Shown here one piece after another: positions 55,116 through 59,326 of a DNA stretch of 59,326 nucleotides. Source of the DNA: a virus. Its lineage: Duplodnaviria > Caudoviricetes. The notes below the pieces were generated by a model. The model did not search any database, was not told where the DNA came from, and saw only the letters and a program-made list of their open reading frames with translations. Position 1 is the first letter of the stretch; every line of letters begins with the position of its first letter. Location of the stretch: IMG/VR virus record IMGVR_UViG_3300025133_000114, positions 1 through 59,326 of that record; one strand, written 5' to 3'. Both the position numbers and the translations under genes were made by a program.

Positions 55116-55841
55116 ATGAAGAGGGTGTATTTGTTCGACATTGATGGCACCCTTACGCCTCCGCGCCAGTTAATGGATGAGAGCTTTGCGGAGTTTTTTC
55201 TCTCATTCGCCAAGAATAACCTTGTTTACTTAACGACAGGGAGCGACCGAGCAAAGGCTTTGGAACAAGTGGGGCACGAAATTCTTACAACATGCCTCGG
55301 AGTTTTTACTTGTTGCGGTAATGAGTTTTGGGAAGGAGACAAACGAGTCTATAGCCGAGAGTTCTGCCCCAATATAGAATTAGTAACTTTTCTCGAACAG
55401 TGCGTCAAGGGTTCAAAGTTTCCAGTGAAGACGGGCAACCATCTTGAGCATCGGAGGGGGATGCTTAATTTTTCAGTTGTTGGGAGAAACGCAACCACAC
55501 AAGAACGGTCTCGGTACAGCGAGTGGGATGAACGAAAACACGAGAGAGAAGAGATAGCCTATACAATCCTCGCCGAGAGGGAGAGGTTTGGGAATGTCGA
55601 TGTGTCCATCGGGGGGGAAATAAGCATTGATATCTATCCCGCTGGACGAGATAAATCGCAGTCTGTCAGAACAATCCGCCAGCTTCACGCAGGCTTGCCC
55701 ATCGTATTTGCAGGCGACAAGATGAGCCCCAATGGAAATGACTACGCCGCTGCTAAAGCCTTGAAGGAAGGGGACATAGCCTGTGAAGTTAACGGTTGGG
55801 GGATGACGGAACTACTTATAAAGAGCTACACGGAGAATTAA
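55116..55841 (+). CDS. Eukaryote-type phosphomannomutase (HAD-IIB)
   Basis: FDIDGTLTPPR, GSD, E.R.GMLNFS..GRNA, GG.ISIDI, GDK....GNDY. Confidence 0.88.
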   Translation: MKRVYLFDIDGTLTPPRQLMDESFAEFFLSFAKNNLVYLTTGSDRAKALEQVGHEILTTCLGVFTCCGNEFWEGDKRVYSREFCPNIELVTFLEQCVKGSKFPVKTGNHLEHRRGMLNFSVVGRNATTQERSRYSEWDERKHEREEIAYTILAERERFGNVDVSIGGEISIDIYPAGRDKSQSVRTIRQLHAGLPIVFAGDKMSPNGNDYAAAKALKEGDIACEVNGWGMTELLIKSYTEN

Positions 55842-55842
55842 A

Positions 55843-56151
55843 ATGGTCGAGGAAGAGGAAAAGAAGGATGATCTGAAGCCCAAGCACCCGCCAAGGCTGG
55901 CACCACAGGGTATTCGTACATTCACAATTTATCGGGGACACGACGGCACAGGCGTGTCGGGCGAAGGTATTGTGATTGAGGGCGTTCAGTTAGCGACAGG
56001 TCAGGCTATCGTACACTGGCTCTACCCGCCACCGAGAGGTTCCATCGCCGTGTTTGACTCAATGGCGGATTTCTTAAAGGTCCATATTAAGCCACATCCA
56101 GAAAATAAGACAATTCTTACATGGGATGACGGCGAGAAAGAAGAATATTAA
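55843..56151 (+). CDS. Phage hypothetical protein
   Basis: GGAG RBS; R..D.TGVSG.G.V.EGV motif. Confidence 0.7.
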   Translation: MVEEEEKKDDLKPKHPPRLAPQGIRTFTIYRGHDGTGVSGEGIVIEGVQLATGQAIVHWLYPPPRGSIAVFDSMADFLKVHIKPHPENKTILTWDDGEKEEY

Positions 56152-56159
56152 ACTATTTA
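56152..56159 (+). promoter_or_regulatory. Putative late promoter ACTATTTA
   Basis: Recurrent motif. Confidence 0.65.
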
Positions 56160-56179
56160 TTAAAAAGGAGATAGCCCCA

Positions 56180-56431
56180 ATGAACATCACAAAGGGAAGA
56201 ATTAGGCAGATAATCAAAGAGGAGCTTGAAGCCTTGAACGAGTCTGAAACAGATGGGTATGAATGGTCTTCTTCATTCGACCAAGCGATGGGCGATATTG
56301 AAAGAATATATGGCGATATTGAGAACGAAGCGCAAGCGACTCTTTTTATGGAAGAGCTTCCGAAGCGCGTTGACGAAATGATTAAAGCTTGGAAGGGAGA
56401 TCGCGGAGCAGTACAGCCGTATCACCGGTAA
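56180..56431 (+). CDS. Small late protein with IRQIIKEELE leader
   Basis: AAGGAG RBS, late motif. Confidence 0.75.
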   Translation: MNITKGRIRQIIKEELEALNESETDGYEWSSSFDQAMGDIERIYGDIENEAQATLFMEELPKRVDEMIKAWKGDRGAVQPYHR

Positions 56432-56443
56432 TAAGGATTGAAC

Positions 56444-57388
56444 ATGAGCGAGTTCGAAACATACTGGAATGATTTTGTAAGTTTGCACGAGATAGCAGAG
56501 CCCACTCCGTTTAAGAGTGCAGCACAGCAAAGATACAAAAAGTCACGGGAGGAGAATTCACTCACCCACCAAGGCGGCATTGCAAACAAGAAGTCGGGTC
56601 CGCCCTTCACGGGCAAGATGAAGAGGACAGGGACCGACAGACTTCGATTTGAAGAAGAGGTCGACCCCGAAAGCGTAGATTTATCCAGCTTTGTCGACCA
56701 CGATATGCTGGACCGTAAAGTCTGGAACTCCGATGACAAGCTGGACCCCACTGTGCGAGATCGATTGTTACAAATTGCCCAACAGTTTTATGGGAACTTA
56801 GAGGTAAAGGCAGAAATAAAGGATATTACACTTACAGGTTCACTCGCGAACTACAATTGGTCGAAGTTCTCTGACCTGGACACGCATATTATCATAGATT
56901 TCACGGACGTGGATGAGAATGGTGAGCTTGTAAGGGAACTATTCCAGCAAACGAAGTCAAACTGGAACAGGCGACACGGAATTATGGTCAAGGGGTATGA
57001 GGTCGAGCTTTATGTTCAGGACGTGAACGACGCACATTTCTCAAGTGGAGTCTATTCCTTACTTAATGACGAGTGGGTTACGAAGCCCACTCACGACGCA
57101 CGGGAGATAGACCGTGAAGCCGTAAAGCAAAAGGCTGCTTCTATGATGGATATGGTCGACGACATCCAGAGGCTACACGACGAGGGCGACCACGAAGGCG
57201 CGTTGGAGTACGGCGATAAAGTAAGAGGCAAAATCAAGAAGGCTCGCTCTGCTGGCTTAGAGAGAGAAGGAGAATACTCCTTTGAAAACTTGGCTTTCAA
57301 AGTTCTTCGAAGAAACGACTACCTTGAGAGGCTGTCGAAACTCCGCGTTGATGCTTACGATTCGCAGATGTCGCTGGCGCAGCAGTAG
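56444..57388 (+). CDS. Pol-beta-superfamily nucleotidyltransferase
   Basis: LTGSLANYNWS..SDLD.HII and VELYVQD. Confidence 0.8.
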   Translation: MSEFETYWNDFVSLHEIAEPTPFKSAAQQRYKKSREENSLTHQGGIANKKSGPPFTGKMKRTGTDRLRFEEEVDPESVDLSSFVDHDMLDRKVWNSDDKLDPTVRDRLLQIAQQFYGNLEVKAEIKDITLTGSLANYNWSKFSDLDTHIIIDFTDVDENGELVRELFQQTKSNWNRRHGIMVKGYEVELYVQDVNDAHFSSGVYSLLNDEWVTKPTHDAREIDREAVKQKAASMMDMVDDIQRLHDEGDHEGALEYGDKVRGKIKKARSAGLEREGEYSFENLAFKVLRRNDYLERLSKLRVDAYDSQMSLAQQ

Positions 57389-57391
57389 CGC

Positions 57392-57446
57392 TTGACACTC
57401 TCTTGACACGCCCGTGCTTGACTTAGCCCAAGGGGCGAGCTACATT
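57392..57446 (+). promoter_or_regulatory. sigma70-like promoter with two extra upstream -35 boxes
   Basis: TTGACA (57392), TTGACA (57403), TTGACT-17-TACATT. Confidence 0.7.
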
Positions 57447-57469
57447 GTACATGTAAAAGGGGGAGAGCC

Positions 57470-57685
57470 GTGTCATCACCGTATCTTAGCGTGGATCAGA
57501 TAAAACCCGGTACGCTGCTACGTTCCAGAAAGGATGGCTCTCTGACCTTGGTTCTCGGTGACCCAGGCGTCCCGCATGGGCTCGGATGGACTGGGTGGGT
57601 AGAGGCTTACGACTTCAAGAGGGGGCAGCGCATCCAGTTGCATGTAGGCTACATCCACGCAGAGATTGTCGGAGGTAGAGTATGA
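57470..57685 (+). CDS. Small SH3/KOW-like hypothetical protein
   Basis: GGGGAG RBS; IKPGTLLRS. Confidence 0.6.
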   Translation: MSSPYLSVDQIKPGTLLRSRKDGSLTLVLGDPGVPHGLGWTGWVEAYDFKRGQRIQLHVGYIHAEIVGGRV

Positions 57686-57921
57686 CACAGAATGCGTGGA
57701 TACCTGGCAGTTGGGCGAAAGTGGGCGACCTTGTGCGCGTGTTCAACGGGCTGCGACAGGTGTTGGGCATGGGGATTGTTGCCAAAAGGGACCGCAAACA
57801 GCGTGTGTACGTGGCACTTCCGGGCGGCAACAGCAGATGGATGGCTGACCACCATGTCCAAGCCTATAGACCCAATTTTGATTATGACAGCGAGGTGAGC
57901 AATGGACGAATACGGACGTAA
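57682..57921 (+). CDS. Small SH3/KOW-like hypothetical protein
   Basis: GGAGG RBS; KVGDLVRV...GIVA. Confidence 0.65.
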   Translation: MTQNAWIPGSWAKVGDLVRVFNGLRQVLGMGIVAKRDRKQRVYVALPGGNSRWMADHHVQAYRPNFDYDSEVSNGRIRT

Positions 57922-58003
57922 GGAAGAGGTTAGAGACGCGATTGGGTGCCTGTTTCTGGCTCCATTAGCTTACGCTGTACTGGTGTTGGCACTATGCCTG
58001 TAG
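57902..58003 (+). CDS. 33-aa single-TM protein (not in ORF track)
   Basis: GAGGTG RBS; MDEYGRKEEVRDAIGCLFLAPLAYAVLVLALCL. Confidence 0.5.
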   Translation: MDEYGRKEEVRDAIGCLFLAPLAYAVLVLALCL

Positions 58004-58212
58004 GCAAAGAGGAACGCTGGGCTACTAAACCTAAAGCCCCGCAAGTCGGTGACTTAGTGAAACTTAATAAAAACACTCGAACTAAGGCGCAGCGTTTTGG
58101 AGTTGTGGTGGAGAAAAGAGGAATAGACGTGCGCGTCTATTGGTTTTTATCCCATGCTGTGCTCTGGTTCCGCCGGACTTCTGTTAAAATTATGAATCGA
58201 GGTGTAATGTGA
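57994..58212 (+). CDS. Small SH3/KOW-like hypothetical protein
   Basis: QVGDLVKL...GVVVE...V.VYW; start uncertain. Confidence 0.6.
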   Translation: MPVGKEERWATKPKAPQVGDLVKLNKNTRTKAQRFGVVVEKRGIDVRVYWFLSHAVLWFRRTSVKIMNRGVM

Positions 58213-58517
58213 AAGTCGGAGATATGGTAACTTTATCGGCAGCGGCACAGAAGCGGGACACAATGTATCCGTGGAGTGAGCTTGCTCGTCGTTATGGCTA
58301 TGGCAAACCTAAGCCGGTGGGCATTGTGGTCGAGGTTATGCCTATGCACAAAATCGGCTTTAACTCAAAAGAGAAGGACGCTTACGTCATCAAATGGATT
58401 AGCCCCGATGCACCGAAGAGTCGAGACTATCAGTTTGGCTACTACGTAGGTCGATTCCCAAACCAGTTCTGGCGCACAGACTTGAAGTTCGTTAGCAAAC
58501 GGAAGGTCAAGAAGTAA
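58209..58517 (+). CDS. Small SH3/KOW-like hypothetical protein
   Basis: GAGGTG RBS; KVGDMVTL...GIVVE...IKW. Confidence 0.65.
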   Translation: MKVGDMVTLSAAAQKRDTMYPWSELARRYGYGKPKPVGIVVEVMPMHKIGFNSKEKDAYVIKWISPDAPKSRDYQFGYYVGRFPNQFWRTDLKFVSKRKVKK

Positions 58518-58562
58518 TTTGTAACTCTTAACCGTCAGGATTCATCTTGTCAAAAATCCTTG

Positions 58563-58591
58563 TTGACAAAGAGAGTAAGTTATGCTACATT
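58563..58591 (+). promoter_or_regulatory. sigma70-like promoter for tRNAs
   Basis: TTGACA-17-TACATT with extended TG. Confidence 0.75.
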
Positions 58592-58608
58592 AACTTAGTG
58601 AGGATTAT

Positions 58609-58690
58609 GGCTGAGTGGTGGAATTGGTATACACACAAGACTTAAAATCTTGCGCCCATGGGATTGAGGGTTCGAGTCCCTCCTCAGCTA
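58609..58690 (+). tRNA. tRNA-Leu (UAA), CCA not encoded
   Basis: GGCTGAG/CTCAGCT acceptor, CAAGA-CTTAAAA-TCTTG anticodon arm, long variable arm, GAGGG-TTCGAGT-CCCTC. Confidence 0.93.
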
Positions 58691-58697
58691 CTTTTTC

Positions 58698-58771
58698 GCT
58701 CCCATCGTCTAGTCAGGTCAGGACACCGGGTTTTCATCCCGGCAACACGGGTTCGAATCCCGTTGGGAGTA
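58698..58771 (+). tRNA. tRNA-Glu (UUC), CCA not encoded
   Basis: GCTCCCA/TGGGAGT acceptor, CCGGG-TTTTCAT-CCCGG, ACGGG-TTCGAAT-CCCGT. Confidence 0.93.
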
Positions 58772-58798
58772 TTTACACCAATATAAAGGGAGACCAAA

Positions 58799-59011
58799 AT
58801 GTCGATGGCAGATGGATTAGAATGGGAGCGGCGTGAGCGTGAGGAGCGTGAGGCTCGCGAAAGACGCAAAGCTGCCATAGTTGTTGCAAGCTATCTAAAG
58901 GAAGACCTCCATCTCCCGGATGAAGTTTCAATAGCCTTTCATAAGCTTCTAGAGCTTTCTAACGTCAGTACTGACGTTTTCCCCGGCGCTCACATTTTTT
59001 TGACACTTTAA
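58799..59011 (+). CDS. Hypothetical protein
   Basis: GGGAG RBS. Confidence 0.6.
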   Translation: MSMADGLEWERREREEREARERRKAAIVVASYLKEDLHLPDEVSIAFHKLLELSNVSTDVFPGAHIFLTL

Positions 59012-59014
59012 GTG

Positions 59015-59043
59015 TTGACCTAGCCCGCCAGAAGGGCTATAAT
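59015..59043 (+). promoter_or_regulatory. sigma70-like promoter
   Basis: TTGACC-17-TATAAT; extra TTGACA at 59000. Confidence 0.75.
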
Positions 59044-59067
59044 GTATATAGACAGGGAGAACGAAGA

Positions 59068-59283
59068 ATGAAAGTTCGCATTGACTACTCACACTATGAC
59101 TACTCACACTACGTTATTGTAGATGTGCCGGACAGCATCATTAAGCAGGATGAAAACGGATACTTTGGCGATTTGCCATTTGAGTTTGATGAAATGTTTG
59201 AGGTTCTAAAAGCCTATGTCCCAGAAGGGGCAGAGATAGAAGGATGGGAACATCCAGACCTTCCAGCAGAGAACGAAGAATGA
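59068..59283 (+). CDS. Small acidic hypothetical protein
   Basis: GGGAG RBS; contains a DYSHY duplication. Confidence 0.65.
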   Translation: MKVRIDYSHYDYSHYVIVDVPDSIIKQDENGYFGDLPFEFDEMFEVLKAYVPEGAEIEGWEHPDLPAENEE

Positions 59284-59326
59284 GTACATTGACTGTTGCC
59301 AGCGTTGTAACAATTATGCTAAAGTC

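Noticed and set aside
28516-55841. Eukaryotic giant virus origin suggested by SET, GSII and PMM
   Set aside because: gp23-like capsid, contractile tail, Shine-Dalgarno sites, sigma70 promoters, DnaE and bS21 indicate a bacteriophage
58615-58878. ORFs overlapping the tRNA region
   Set aside because: The sequence folds as two canonical tRNAs
1-59326. Stop-codon reassignment
   Set aside because: Conserved genes are full length in code 11, and TAA, TAG and TGA all end genes at expected positions

Overview
This window is a 59 kb, entirely plus-strand piece of a large T4-like (contractile-tailed) bacteriophage genome in standard genetic code 11. About 1-22.3 kb is the virion module: bS21, scaffold, gp23-like major capsid, neck gp13/14/15, sheath, tube, tail chaperone with a probable +1 frameshift, tape measure and baseplate. 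About 22.3-44.4 kb covers replication and nucleotide metabolism: a short stand-alone family A polymerase, tubulin/FtsZ-like protein, gp32-like SSB, RecA, SET protein, 5'-3' exonuclease, helicase, NrdJ, GroES, ThyX, Grx/Trx, DnaE, dUTPase, type II glutamine synthetase and GuaB-like protein. About 44.4-59.3 kb is accessory: ClpP, a nuclease plus Mom-like pair, GroEL, Hsp20, PMM, a nucleotidyltransferase, small KOW-like genes, tRNA-Leu and tRNA-Glu. Two promoter classes are visible: sigma70-like TTGACA-16/17-TA(T/C)(A/G)(A/T)T and a putative late motif CTA(T/A/C)TTA. The main candidate for a new system is a dispersed set of about 11 proteins, several of them enzymes (2 nucleotidyltransferases, nuclease, ART-like, 5'-nucleotidase). 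Nearly all lie behind the late motif, and they carry short N-terminal leaders resembling T4 capsid-targeting/prohead-protease signals, which suggests a head-packaged, injected effector arsenal. A repeated H-type pseudoknot and a 200-nt structured RNA around ssb-recA are also notable. All calls come from reading motifs by eye; no searches were run.
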